Under the pieces are notes generated by a model. That model made no database searches and was not told the origin of the DNA. It saw only the letters and a list, made by a program, of their open reading frames with translations. A stretch of 50,256 nt of DNA, from NCBI GenBank assembly GCA_040392235.1, contig JBEBWN010000001.1, positions 1-50,256 on the forward strand. Direction: 5' to 3'. Position numbers and translations under genes: made by a program. Below are positions 18,674 through 28,121 of the stretch, piece by piece. The stretch is from Taibaiella helva. GTDB lineage: Bacteria > Bacteroidota > Bacteroidia > Chitinophagales > Chitinophagaceae. Each line of letters starts with the position of its first letter. The first letter of the stretch is position 1.

Positions 18674-19327
18674 ATGCCAGACTATATCAGGATAACACTA
18701 GCAGACGACCACCCTATAGTGCTCGAAGGGATTGCTAACTTGCTACGTACCAGGAATAATTTTATAGTGGGTGCTGCCTATACTTCAGGAGAGACATTGC
18801 TGGAGGGCTTAGCCAAGGATGTGCCCGATGTATTGCTCCTGGATTTTTACTTTCCCGATACAACCGGGCTACAATTAGTTAAAAAAATTACTAAGCTGTA
18901 TAAGAGTATCCGCATTCTGGTTTTAACCAGCTCTGACAGCTCCTTGGACATTTCTGACATGATGAAGAACGGCTGCTCCGGCTATATTCTGAAAAGTGCG
19001 CCCCTGCCCATCCTCATAGAAGCGATAGAAGCAGTGAACAGGGGGGAACAATACCTACAAGCCGGGCTGAAAGAACTACTGCTCAATAATTTGCTTATGC
19101 CCTCTCAACGGAAAGAGGTAACGGATATTAAATTCACACAAAGAGAACGCACCATACTCACCCTGTTATCGGAGGGCAAAACCAATAACGAGATAGCGGC
19201 ACAATTATTTGTCAGTCTTCGGACCATTGAGAACAATCGCTTGGCACTCTACAAAAAGATGGGGGTAAAAAATACAGCAGAGCTGATTAAAAGCGCAATC
19301 AAACAAGGACTGCTCCATATTAACTGA
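18674..19327 (+). CDS. NarL/LuxR-family response regulator, RR-B
   Basis: LADDHP, LLLDFYFPD, VLTS, GYILK; HTH FTQRERTILTLLSEGKTNNEIAAQLFVSLRTIENNR. Confidence 0.93.
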   Translation: MPDYIRITLADDHPIVLEGIANLLRTRNNFIVGAAYTSGETLLEGLAKDVPDVLLLDFYFPDTTGLQLVKKITKLYKSIRILVLTSSDSSLDISDMMKNGCSGYILKSAPLPILIEAIEAVNRGEQYLQAGLKELLLNNLLMPSQRKEVTDIKFTQRERTILTLLSEGKTNNEIAAQLFVSLRTIENNRLALYKKMGVKNTAELIKSAIKQGLLHIN

Positions 19328-19386
19328 TGCACTAACCAAAGGTCCCGTGTGCATTCAAAGCAACCCTCTTGACAATGGGAACACTT

Positions 19387-19412
19387 GATTTTGAAATCGA
19401 GTAGTTTGTACA
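19387..19412 (+). repeat. 26-bp direct repeat, copy 2
   Basis: Identical to 16530-16555; lies about 60 nt after the RR-B stop. Confidence 0.9.
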
Positions 19413-19719
19413 ATATGCTGTTGATGCGTTCTAAGCCACCGGAAAATATTTCATAATAGATGCCTGCTTCAAAATATTGATATGCGATACCACCAGGTGA
19501 TCAACAGCAATTTCAACCGGCGTTGCCTGTCCTAAACGCTAAATGGCTTTTACGACGACCATGGGAACAATAGCAATAAAAAATACTACATTAACCCATG
19601 ATGGGCTTACTCTCATACTATTGGCTAACTTATATAAACCTTCAACAGCTATTGCGATGCTATAAGGCTGGCGGAGTTTTGGCTTAGGTATTCAAGTGTA
19701 TGAACTTGGGCATAGGGGT

Positions 19720-19759
19720 AAAAAAATATCGTTGCCTGCTGACTCAAGGCAACGATATT
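19720..19759 (-). terminator. Intrinsic terminator of sufS
   Basis: 13-bp perfect stem AATATCGTTGCCT (19725-19737) / AGGCAACGATATT (19747-19759) with a minus-strand T-tract, 23 nt after the sufS stop. Confidence 0.85.
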
Positions 19760-19782
19760 CAGGTGCTGCTAGTGCAATTGCA

Positions 19783-21015
19783 TTATCGTAGCATAGATAT
19801 ACCTCTTGCCACACCACTGACCAGACGGTCTATATCATCCAGGGTATTATAAACCCCGAATGAAACCCTTACCGTGCCCGGAATAGCGTAGGCCTCCATA
19901 ACAGGCTGACAGCAATGATGCCCTGTCCGCACGGCTATACCCTGCTTGTCGAGCAGCTCACCCAGATCAAAAGGGTGAATGTCACCTGCCAGGAAGGATA
20001 GAGCACCTGCCCGCTCAGGGGGGTGGCCTATTAAACGAACCGAAGGAATGGACGACAATTGCTCTGCCGCGTAGTCCATCAGCTGATGCTCTGCCTCGGC
20101 AATGGCGGCCAGGCCCAGGTTGCTGACATAATCTAAAGCCACGCCCAAGCCAATGATGCCTGCTATATCGGGCGTGCCTGCTTCAAACTTAAAGGGTAGG
20201 TCAGCCCAGGTTGTTTGGGCAAAAGTTACCTGCCTGATCATCGAACCTCCCGTCTGATAGGGAGGGAGCTCTTCCAGTAAGGCTTCTTTGCCATACAATA
20301 CCCCTATACCCGTAGGCCCATAGATCTTGTGGCCGGAATAAACAAGAAAATCGACATCGAGGGCTCTGACATCTACAGGCATATGCTGTATGGCTTGCGC
20401 CGCATCCAGCAGAACCGGCACATTATTTCTATGTGCAATTTCTATCAGGGACTTCACCGGGTTGACTGTACCCAGGGCGTTAGACACCCAGGTTATAGCC
20501 ACCAGACGCGTGCGCTCATTGATAAGATTTTCATAAACACCCATTTCCAATTCTCCCGTTTCTGTCAGGGGTATAACACGCAGAATTGCGCCACGATCCT
20601 CACAGAGTTGTTGCCAGGGTACGAGATTAGAATGATGTTCCATGGCAGAAATAATAATTTCATCGCCGGGTTGAACAAAACGCTTACCAAAAGAATGTGC
20701 CACCAGGTTAATACTTTCGGTTGTGCCACGGGTAAAAATGATTTCCCGTTCTGATTCAGCATTGATAAAATGGGCTGCTATTCTCCGGGCTTCTTCCTGG
20801 GCGTCTGTTGCCTTTTGGCTCAGATAATGCACACCTCTATGCACATTGGCATTGCAACTTCTATAATAGTCTTCCAGGGATTTCAGAACAGCGTCGGGCT
20901 TTTGGGTTGTCGCACCATTATCAAGATAAACCAACGGATGCCCGTAAACAGTTGTGGACAGTATCGGGAAATCGGCCCTTATCTGCTGAATATTAATTGA
21001 TTTTGTAGTTAACAT
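19783..21015 (-). CDS. sufS: Cysteine desulfurase, SufS type (group II, PLP-dependent)
   Basis: IRADFPIL, YLDNGATTQKP, NVHRGVH, EHHSNLVPWQ, PLP lysine SGHK, FEAGTP, catalytic RTGHHCCQP. ATG at 21015 preferred over TTG at 21042. Confidence 0.92.
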   Translation of the reverse strand: MLTTKSINIQQIRADFPILSTTVYGHPLVYLDNGATTQKPDAVLKSLEDYYRSCNANVHRGVHYLSQKATDAQEEARRIAAHFINAESEREIIFTRGTTESINLVAHSFGKRFVQPGDEIIISAMEHHSNLVPWQQLCEDRGAILRVIPLTETGELEMGVYENLINERTRLVAITWVSNALGTVNPVKSLIEIAHRNNVPVLLDAAQAIQHMPVDVRALDVDFLVYSGHKIYGPTGIGVLYGKEALLEELPPYQTGGSMIRQVTFAQTTWADLPFKFEAGTPDIAGIIGLGVALDYVSNLGLAAIAEAEHQLMDYAAEQLSSIPSVRLIGHPPERAGALSFLAGDIHPFDLGELLDKQGIAVRTGHHCCQPVMEAYAIPGTVRVSFGVYNTLDDIDRLVSGVARGISMLR

Positions 21016-21094
21016 CGCCTTATAAGATTTAGCAAATAACAAGATTCAGAGTCCTGTACAAAGTAACCTCCCTCCTGTTATCTGCATAGAACTG

Positions 21095-21102
21095 CAAAGT
21101 TA
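21095..21102 (-). promoter_or_regulatory. -7 promoter element for sufS
   Basis: Minus strand reads TAACTTTG (perfect TAnnTTTG), about 80 nt upstream of the start. A divergent TATCTTGC variant at 21126-21133 faces the GT4 gene. Confidence 0.6.
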
Positions 21103-21233
21103 GGTAAAACAAAAAGGGATTTAGTTATCTTGCGCCACCAAAAAGAATAGTGCTCTTCTGTGCACGGTAACAGTATGCATCAGGTTGGAAATGCATCTTT
21201 TCTTACGAATAGCCCCTAAAGCGTATATATATT

Positions 21234-22442
21234 GTGAAGATACTACAGCTGGTTAACCGGATACCTTACCCTTTAAATGACGGCGGAAGCATTGCTGTCC
21301 ACTGCAACACTGAAGGCTTTCTTCAGGCAGGGGTGGAATTGAGCATGCTGGCGATGAATACAACCCGACATTGGGTAGATATAAACTCATTACCACCGCT
21401 TTATGATCAGCTAAAGCTCTTCAAGAGCGTGAGAGTAGACAACAGAATCAGGATAATTCCCGCATTTCTGAATCTTTTTAAGAAAAGCTCTTACAATATT
21501 GACCGCTTTATTTCTGATACATACAAAAATGCACTGATTACCTTGCTACAAGAAGAGCAATTCGATATTATTCAGCTGGAAGGCCTCTATCTGTCTCCTT
21601 ATTTACCTCTGATCAGGCAGTACAGTAAGGCAGCCATTGCCATGCGACAGCATAATATAGAGTTCCGTATATGGCAGAGGTTGGCACAACAAGCCCAAAA
21701 TCCACTAAAAAAAGCATATCTGAAGTTACTGGCTAAAAGGCTCCGGCGCTTTGAATTGGAGCGTCTTAAAGATTACGATATTATATTGCCCATTTCGGCA
21801 GAAGACGAACAATATTTGAAAAAGCTAGGTTGCCGTACCGCCATGTACCTGCATCCCTTTGGTATTAATATAAGTGACATTCCTTTCGTTCCAGCATATA
21901 CTCCCCCGCTACATTTATACCATATAGGAGCAATGGATTGGTTACCGAATCAGGAAAGCGTAAATTGGCTACTGGATCACGTAATGCCTATTATCCGGAA
22001 GGAATTGCCCGGCATACGGTTGTACCTAGCAGGTCGAAACATGTCGGAAAACCTACTGAAACTAAACCAGCCCAATGTTATCATTGCCGGAGCAGTTCCG
22101 GATGCCCTGGCTTTTGAAAAGGATAAAAGTATCTTACTGGTTCCCTTGCTGTCCGGAGGTGGAGTAAGAATAAAAATATTTAAAGGAATGGCCATGGGCA
22201 AGACCGTTGTAACTACATCTATTGGATTAGAAGGAATTGACGCCCGGGATGGTAAGGAAGTCTTTGTGGCAGACTCAGCAGAACAATTTGCCCATCACAT
22301 CATAAAGTTGGTACACGAACCAGAACTTATCCGGCAAACCGGATTTGCCGCCCGCAAGCTCATAGAAAAGCAATATGATCAAAAAAAAATAATTGAAGAC
22401 CTTATTATCCGGTATGGGCAGCTATTGGCGGGAAAGAGATAA
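21234..22442 (+). CDS. Glycosyltransferase family 4 protein
   Basis: MKILQLVNRIPYPLNDGG, HNIEFRIW, IGAMDWLPN, VPLLSGGGVRIKIFKGMAMGKTVVTTSIGLEGI (GT-B fold C-terminal signature). GTG start. Confidence 0.88.
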   Translation: MKILQLVNRIPYPLNDGGSIAVHCNTEGFLQAGVELSMLAMNTTRHWVDINSLPPLYDQLKLFKSVRVDNRIRIIPAFLNLFKKSSYNIDRFISDTYKNALITLLQEEQFDIIQLEGLYLSPYLPLIRQYSKAAIAMRQHNIEFRIWQRLAQQAQNPLKKAYLKLLAKRLRRFELERLKDYDIILPISAEDEQYLKKLGCRTAMYLHPFGINISDIPFVPAYTPPLHLYHIGAMDWLPNQESVNWLLDHVMPIIRKELPGIRLYLAGRNMSENLLKLNQPNVIIAGAVPDALAFEKDKSILLVPLLSGGGVRIKIFKGMAMGKTVVTTSIGLEGIDARDGKEVFVADSAEQFAHHIIKLVHEPELIRQTGFAARKLIEKQYDQKKIIEDLIIRYGQLLAGKR

Positions 22443-22462
22443 TCCTACGCAGGAATATATAG

Positions 22463-23023
22463 CTATTCCGTCCGGCTTTTCAACGTCCCATTCAGGTCGT
22501 ACACAAAATTAAAGCTTTTTTCCTCCTTTTTACCTCTTAAAGATATTGAATAGTAAATACCCTCCTGCTTGGAATTCATTTGATTGCTTGACTTAATCTG
22601 CGCCGTTAATACCTGGGGGTCCTGTATTCCTTTTTCTTCCTCCAGCACTTTGCGGGACCGCTCCATTAATGTGCCTAAAAGAGAAAGACGGACTTCGTGA
22701 TCCAGTTGAAACATGAACGACCTGGGTTCAGCACCCTGAATAGTAAGGGTAACATTGGCTTTTTTGTCCCAGAAACCATGGAAAAGTGTCCATTGCTCCT
22801 GTCGCAATGAATTCGGATCGCGGGTAACATCAACTGTAACCAGATCGTCAGAGCCTCCGTTGTTCACCAATTCTATACTGGTGTACCAGGCATCCTCTCC
22901 GAATTCGGCTTTTAACTCGGAACTGAGTTGAGTCATACCGGCAGAATCATGCTTAAAGCCACTTTTACAGGAATATAAGAAAATAACAATCAATACAATA
23001 AACCCGACCTTCCTTGAATACAT
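22463..23023 (-). CDS. Hypothetical lipoprotein
   Basis: MYSRKVGFIVLIVIFLYSC lipoprotein signal from the ATG at 23023. No functional motif recognised. Confidence 0.7.
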   Translation of the reverse strand: MYSRKVGFIVLIVIFLYSCKSGFKHDSAGMTQLSSELKAEFGEDAWYTSIELVNNGGSDDLVTVDVTRDPNSLRQEQWTLFHGFWDKKANVTLTIQGAEPRSFMFQLDHEVRLSLLGTLMERSRKVLEEEKGIQDPQVLTAQIKSSNQMNSKQEGIYYSISLRGKKEEKSFNFVYDLNGTLKSRTE

Positions 23024-23209
23024 AGAACTTCTTTTAATTATAAAATTAACCAATATGGATCAATGCGCCAAGCTCTTTTTACAATGGATTTGCTGCGGCA
23101 GAACCGGGCCCGGAGACAGCTCAACCCGTATCCCAAGCATTGTTTAGCTCGGCAACCTGACTAACAAATCTTTATATTTTCATTACATGCAAGTCCATTT
23201 TCAAATGTT

Positions 23210-23217
23210 TATCTTTG
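23210..23217 (+). promoter_or_regulatory. -7 promoter element for the TPR/barrel/HU-SPOR genes
   Basis: TATCTTTG is a perfect TAnnTTTG, about 70 nt upstream of the ATG at 23289. Confidence 0.6.
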
Positions 23218-23288
23218 CTGGATTTTTAAAAATGACTAATTTAATATTGCGTAAAATTCACTGTTTTATGCTCTAACTCAATTTATTA

Positions 23289-26200
23289 ATGAGCGCAGCT
23301 TTCAAACGCATCTATATAACAACTGGGATGATCTGCCTTTTAGGCCTTCCTCCCTTCGGACAGCATGCCGGGGCGCAAACACCTATTAGTATTCTAAGTG
23401 AGTACACTCCGCTGAAGCACGGTTTAGAACAATACCAACAGGGGCATTATGCTCTTGCCATTCACTCTATAAATGAATTCCTGAGCCAGGATGTTTTACC
23501 GGCAGGACCAGACAATAAAAAAAACTTTTCACTTGCAGTTCAGCAAGCCCGGTATTTATTAGTTCTGGCGCAATTGAAAGCCGGAACAGCCGATGCGGAA
23601 CAAAAAATCATCAATTACATAGAGAAAACGGTTAATCCTGTTTACCGCCAAAGGGCAGCTTTTGCTCTAGCTCAATATTATTTCCAGGCCAATAATCTTT
23701 CTGCCGCAATTGCATACTACGAAATTGCCGGCATCGACAATCTCAGCAACGCTGAAATCGCCGACGCCAAATTTGAACTGGCATATAGCTACTTCAACGA
23801 AAGGAAGTTTGAACAGGCGAAACCCCTCTTTGCCCTGATTAAAGAATTGCCGGATAATAAATATTATATCGCTGGGAACTACTACTATGGGCTACTTGCC
23901 TATAACGATAAAAATTACGATCAGGCATTAAAAAGCTTTGAGCGGGTTCATAACCAGGAGGAGTACAAGGATATTGTGCCATATTATGAGGCCGAGATCC
24001 ATTATTTCCAAGGCAATTACGATAAAGTGTTGCAGATCGCCAACCGGTATCTGAAAAAGTCTGATCCTCTCTTTTATCATAAAGAGATGCAACTGCTAAC
24101 TGGTCAGACATATTTCGAACAAAAGAAGTTCAAAGAAGCCCTGCCCTATTTCGAATACTATTACGAGCATTCTGAGAAAATACGGAAAGAGGAGTTGTAT
24201 GAACTGGCCTTTACCTACTACAAGCTGGAAAAATGGCCACAAGCTATCGAAAAGTTCCAACCATTGGGCAATGCACAGGATTCATTAGGACAAACATCGA
24301 TGTATTTACTGGGCGATTGCTATCTGAAAACGGGTGATAAAAAAGGTGCAAGGAATGCCTTCGGTATCTGCGGGGGTATGGATTTCAATCCATCGCAAAA
24401 GGAGGCAGCGTCCTTTCTTTTTGCCAAACTCTCTTATGAATCAGGAGATGAGGCTATTGCGACCCGCGAATTGAATTCGTTTATCCAGTCTTACCCTAAT
24501 TCTGCGTTCACAGCTGAAGCCAGGCGGCTGCTTTCCGGCTTGCTGGCTAAAAGCAGCAATTACCGCGAAGCTTTCGCGATTATGAGCGATATGGCTGTAA
24601 AGGATAATGCTACATGGGCCATTTATCAGCAGGTGGGGATAGGTATGGCCATACAATTGATGCAGAACAATCAATATACTGCAGCCGACAGCGTTCTGAA
24701 CTTAACCCTGCAGCAGCCTATTCGGCCTTCTTACGAAGCTGTGAGTTATTTTTGGAAAGGAGAAATTGCTTACAAGGAAAAACGCTTTCAACAAGCTATC
24801 CGCTACAGTGAAACGTTCCTGGATAAAGCCAAAGGCATGGAGCAGGAAATACAGGGAATAAGTCCGCAGGCTACTCTGCAAAATGCGAATCTTAATATCG
24901 GTTACGCGCAGTTAGAATCTGAAAATTACGGCCATGCAAAAGAAGCCTTTGCCCTGGCACAGCAGAACAAAACCAGCGGATATAGTCAGCAATCCAATGC
25001 CGATGCTATATTAAGAGAAGCAGATGCCATGTTTATGCTCAAAGATTTTGACAAAGCAGCGCAACTGTACGACAAAGCCATAACGGCAAAGAGTACAAAT
25101 CCCGATTACGCCCGGTACCAGAAAAGCCTGATCCTGGGATTACAAAACAAACCTCAGGAAAAAGTAACATTGCTGAACAGTATTATAAACCAGCAGCCAG
25201 CAAGCAGCTTCCGGGACGAAGCCCGTTACGAACTAGCACTCTCCTATCTTGAAGCGAACCGCAGTGCGGAGGCCATTGATTTGTTAAAATCATTATCCGG
25301 CAATAAAGCGCTGCCTAATCTGCTCCGGGCGAAGGCCTTGTTCCACCTGGCCTATGCCTACCAGGCCAATGATAATAACACCGAAGCCATAAGCATTTAT
25401 AAACAGTATATCACAGAATACCCCGCAGCTACAGACAGGGCGGTGGCATTAGATGCCTTGCGTAGCCTGTATATCAATAGCGGCCAGCCAGAGGCTTTTA
25501 GCGCCTTCCTGAAAGAGAATGACATGCCTGCCCTGGATGAGGCGACAATTGAAAATACTTATTATGCGGCAGCAGAAACAGAGTACAGCAATAGCAACTG
25601 GCAAAAAGCCACCGAAGGTTTTGGGAAATACCTGAATCAATTTCCGAAAGGAAACTGGGCGATAAAAGCCCATTACTACAGAGCCGAGGCTTACCGGCAA
25701 TTGAATAATCCGGCTAAAGCACTGGCAGACTATGATGCCGTATTGAATAGCGGTTGGAATGACTTCATTAACGAAGCCGCTGAAAAGGCTGCTACCATTG
25801 CCTTGCAAAACAAGGATTTTACGTCGGCACAAAAATACTTTGTCAGCTTGAGAAATGGTGCAATGGATAATGTAACGCTTCAAAAGGCCTATACGGGACT
25901 TCTCCGTACTGCCTTTGCACAGGAGCAATATGCAGAAGCACATGCCTATGCCGACACATTAACCGGCTTGCCTGGCCTAAACGCTTCGGCCATGAACGAA
26001 GCTTTGTTGTATAAAGCGAAGGCCCTGCAAAAAAACAACAAACTGGAGGACGCCAAAACACTGTACCAAACTATTGACAAGAAGAATATAGGCCCGGCCA
26101 GTGCTGAATCGCGTTATCGCATTGCTGAAATATTACTGGCGCAGAAGAAGCTTAAAGAAGCGGAAGCGCAAGCGAGCTATGCCGCGCAAACCTCCGGCGG

Positions 26201-26399
26201 TCAGGAACAATGGGTAGTGCGGTCTTACCTCCTTATTGCCGATATCCTTACCGAGCAGAGAGATTATTTTAATGCGAAAGCGACACTGCAAAGCATTATT
26301 AAAAATACAAAGGAGAAAGATATCCAGTCTGAAGCCAGTCAAAAATTGCAGAAAGTAAAAGAGCTGGAAAGAACGAAATCTAAACTAACTGAAGAATAA
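23289..26399 (+). CDS. Large periplasmic tetratricopeptide-repeat protein (1036 aa)
   Basis: Signal peptide followed by continuous TPR repeats (e.g. AKFELAYSYFNERKFEQAKPLF, ARYELALSYLEANRSAEAIDLL) and a C-terminal DYFNAKATLQSII motif. Confidence 0.88.
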   Translation: MSAAFKRIYITTGMICLLGLPPFGQHAGAQTPISILSEYTPLKHGLEQYQQGHYALAIHSINEFLSQDVLPAGPDNKKNFSLAVQQARYLLVLAQLKAGTADAEQKIINYIEKTVNPVYRQRAAFALAQYYFQANNLSAAIAYYEIAGIDNLSNAEIADAKFELAYSYFNERKFEQAKPLFALIKELPDNKYYIAGNYYYGLLAYNDKNYDQALKSFERVHNQEEYKDIVPYYEAEIHYFQGNYDKVLQIANRYLKKSDPLFYHKEMQLLTGQTYFEQKKFKEALPYFEYYYEHSEKIRKEELYELAFTYYKLEKWPQAIEKFQPLGNAQDSLGQTSMYLLGDCYLKTGDKKGARNAFGICGGMDFNPSQKEAASFLFAKLSYESGDEAIATRELNSFIQSYPNSAFTAEARRLLSGLLAKSSNYREAFAIMSDMAVKDNATWAIYQQVGIGMAIQLMQNNQYTAADSVLNLTLQQPIRPSYEAVSYFWKGEIAYKEKRFQQAIRYSETFLDKAKGMEQEIQGISPQATLQNANLNIGYAQLESENYGHAKEAFALAQQNKTSGYSQQSNADAILREADAMFMLKDFDKAAQLYDKAITAKSTNPDYARYQKSLILGLQNKPQEKVTLLNSIINQQPASSFRDEARYELALSYLEANRSAEAIDLLKSLSGNKALPNLLRAKALFHLAYAYQANDNNTEAISIYKQYITEYPAATDRAVALDALRSLYINSGQPEAFSAFLKENDMPALDEATIENTYYAAAETEYSNSNWQKATEGFGKYLNQFPKGNWAIKAHYYRAEAYRQLNNPAKALADYDAVLNSGWNDFINEAAEKAATIALQNKDFTSAQKYFVSLRNGAMDNVTLQKAYTGLLRTAFAQEQYAEAHAYADTLTGLPGLNASAMNEALLYKAKALQKNNKLEDAKTLYQTIDKKNIGPASAESRYRIAEILLAQKKLKEAEAQASYAAQTSGGQEQWVVRSYLLIADILTEQRDYFNAKATLQSIIKNTKEKDIQSEASQKLQKVKELERTKSKLTEE

Positions 26400-26418
26400 T
26401 AAGAAGCTGTTATATATT

Positions 26419-28080
26419 ATGTTGTCGATAAGCTTTTTCAAAAAATATCGTTTCCTGCTTTATCCTGTACTGTTGCTATCAGCATTGGGAACATGGGCAC
26501 AGAAAGGCAATAATAAAGATACGATCATACCCGGACAAACGATCGAAATCATTCAGAGCTATAAACCGGAGATTGCGAAACCGGTTAAGCCGGTGTTGTA
26601 CCCCTCGCTTCCGGTAATTGACACATCCCGGCCAGTATTTCAATATGAAGTACCACAACAAACCTTGAGTTACACCTATCACTCCGTACCTATACGGCCC
26701 CTGGCATTGGGTAGAGCCGAGGTCATGAACCCTTTTCAAAATTATGTAAAAGCGGGCTTTGGCAACCGTTCTTCCGTTTATATCGACGCAGGCCTGGGCA
26801 ATATGAAAAATGAGCAGTACGAAACCGCTCTTCATTTTTCACACCTTTCGCAGAAAGGACCTATTGTGAACCAGCAATCGTCGAGAACAACTTTCAACGG
26901 CACTGGGAAGTACTACTACGGAGGGCACGCCTTTTCGGCCGGCCTTGACATTTCCCGTAATGGCCATTCTTTTTACGGATATGATCATGATACTTTCTCA
27001 TTTTCCAGAAATGCCGTAAAGCAGGTCTATACAGGCGGCAATATCGCCATCGGAATGAAAAATACCAAAATGAACCGCTGGAATGTCTGGTATAAGCCGC
27101 AATTCGAATTCGGCCTGTATACAGACAAACTCAATGCAGTAGAACGGAAATTTGCTTTTGACATTCCTGCCAGTATGGACATCGATTCAAACATGGCCTT
27201 TACAATGGGCATAAAAGGCAATTTTACCCAACTTAAAAACGATTCCTTTGATGTGGGCAATAATTATTTCCAACTCAATCCTGCCCTGGATGTTAAATGG
27301 CAATCTTTACGAATACATATAGGCCTGAGCCCTACCTGGGGCAAAAACAACACAGCCTATCTGCTCCCCGATCTCCGCCTGGCTGGCAGCCTGTTTGAAC
27401 AGGGCATCACCCTCGTCGCTGGCTGGAAAGGAGAGCTTATCCAAAATACCTACCAACAACTAAGTACTAAGAATCCGTTCCTGTATAACATATACAGTGT
27501 TAAACAAACCAAAACAGACCAGGTGTTTGGTGGCTTCGAAAGCGCCTTGGGTAAACATATTTCTTTTGGCGGAACCCTTAGCTGGCGTCAATGGAAAGAT
27601 ATGGCCCTTTTTATTAACGACTATACGCTAAGTCCCGATGGAAGATTTTTTGCTACCGTCTACGATCGTAAAATCCAGGCATTGAGTCTCGATGCCTTTA
27701 TCCGTTACCAGGTAGGAAATGTGTTTGGTTTGAGCGCCAGCGGAACATGGTATAATTTCTATCATACGGAAACCTGGGATAAAGCCTTCCAGGAACCGAT
27801 GTTACGGCTAGGCGGTAATATGTATATTCGCCCATTGGATCAACTTTATATCAATGTAAATGCCGATTTCTGGGATGGCATTTATGCCAGGCAATACGAC
27901 GGCAGTAACAAAAAGCTTTCCGCTTTTCTGGACCTTAGCGCATCGGCAGAATACAGCATAATTCCACGCTTATCACTGTTCTTGCAACTAAATAATATCC
28001 TGGACTCCCGGTACCAACGCTGGAATCAGTATCAGACCTATGGTTTTAATATAATAGGCGGCTTGCGATTTAAATTTTAG
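26419..28080 (+). CDS. Outer-membrane beta-barrel protein (TonB-dependent-receptor-like C-terminus, no obvious full plug)
   Basis: Signal peptide, alternating amphipathic strands, C-terminus LDLSASAEY...LSLFLQLNNILDSRYQRW...GGLRFKF ending in Phe. Starts 19 nt after the TPR gene. Confidence 0.8.
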   Translation: MLSISFFKKYRFLLYPVLLLSALGTWAQKGNNKDTIIPGQTIEIIQSYKPEIAKPVKPVLYPSLPVIDTSRPVFQYEVPQQTLSYTYHSVPIRPLALGRAEVMNPFQNYVKAGFGNRSSVYIDAGLGNMKNEQYETALHFSHLSQKGPIVNQQSSRTTFNGTGKYYYGGHAFSAGLDISRNGHSFYGYDHDTFSFSRNAVKQVYTGGNIAIGMKNTKMNRWNVWYKPQFEFGLYTDKLNAVERKFAFDIPASMDIDSNMAFTMGIKGNFTQLKNDSFDVGNNYFQLNPALDVKWQSLRIHIGLSPTWGKNNTAYLLPDLRLAGSLFEQGITLVAGWKGELIQNTYQQLSTKNPFLYNIYSVKQTKTDQVFGGFESALGKHISFGGTLSWRQWKDMALFINDYTLSPDGRFFATVYDRKIQALSLDAFIRYQVGNVFGLSASGTWYNFYHTETWDKAFQEPMLRLGGNMYIRPLDQLYINVNADFWDGIYARQYDGSNKKLSAFLDLSASAEYSIIPRLSLFLQLNNILDSRYQRWNQYQTYGFNIIGGLRFKF

Positions 28081-28121
28081 CCGCTCATCCTATAACAATT
28101 TACCTTTTAATATACAACGAG

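Noticed and set aside
16530-19412. CRISPR array or IS/prophage boundary based on the 26-bp repeat
   Set aside because: Only two copies 2.86 kb apart, with no spacers, cas, transposase, integrase or tRNA gene.
19561-19665. 34-aa ORF (MGTIAIKNTTLTHDGLTLILLANLYKPSTAIAML) as a signalling-peptide gene for the TPR kinases
   Set aside because: No clear signal peptide, promoter or paralog beside the other kinases. ORFs of this size are expected by chance.
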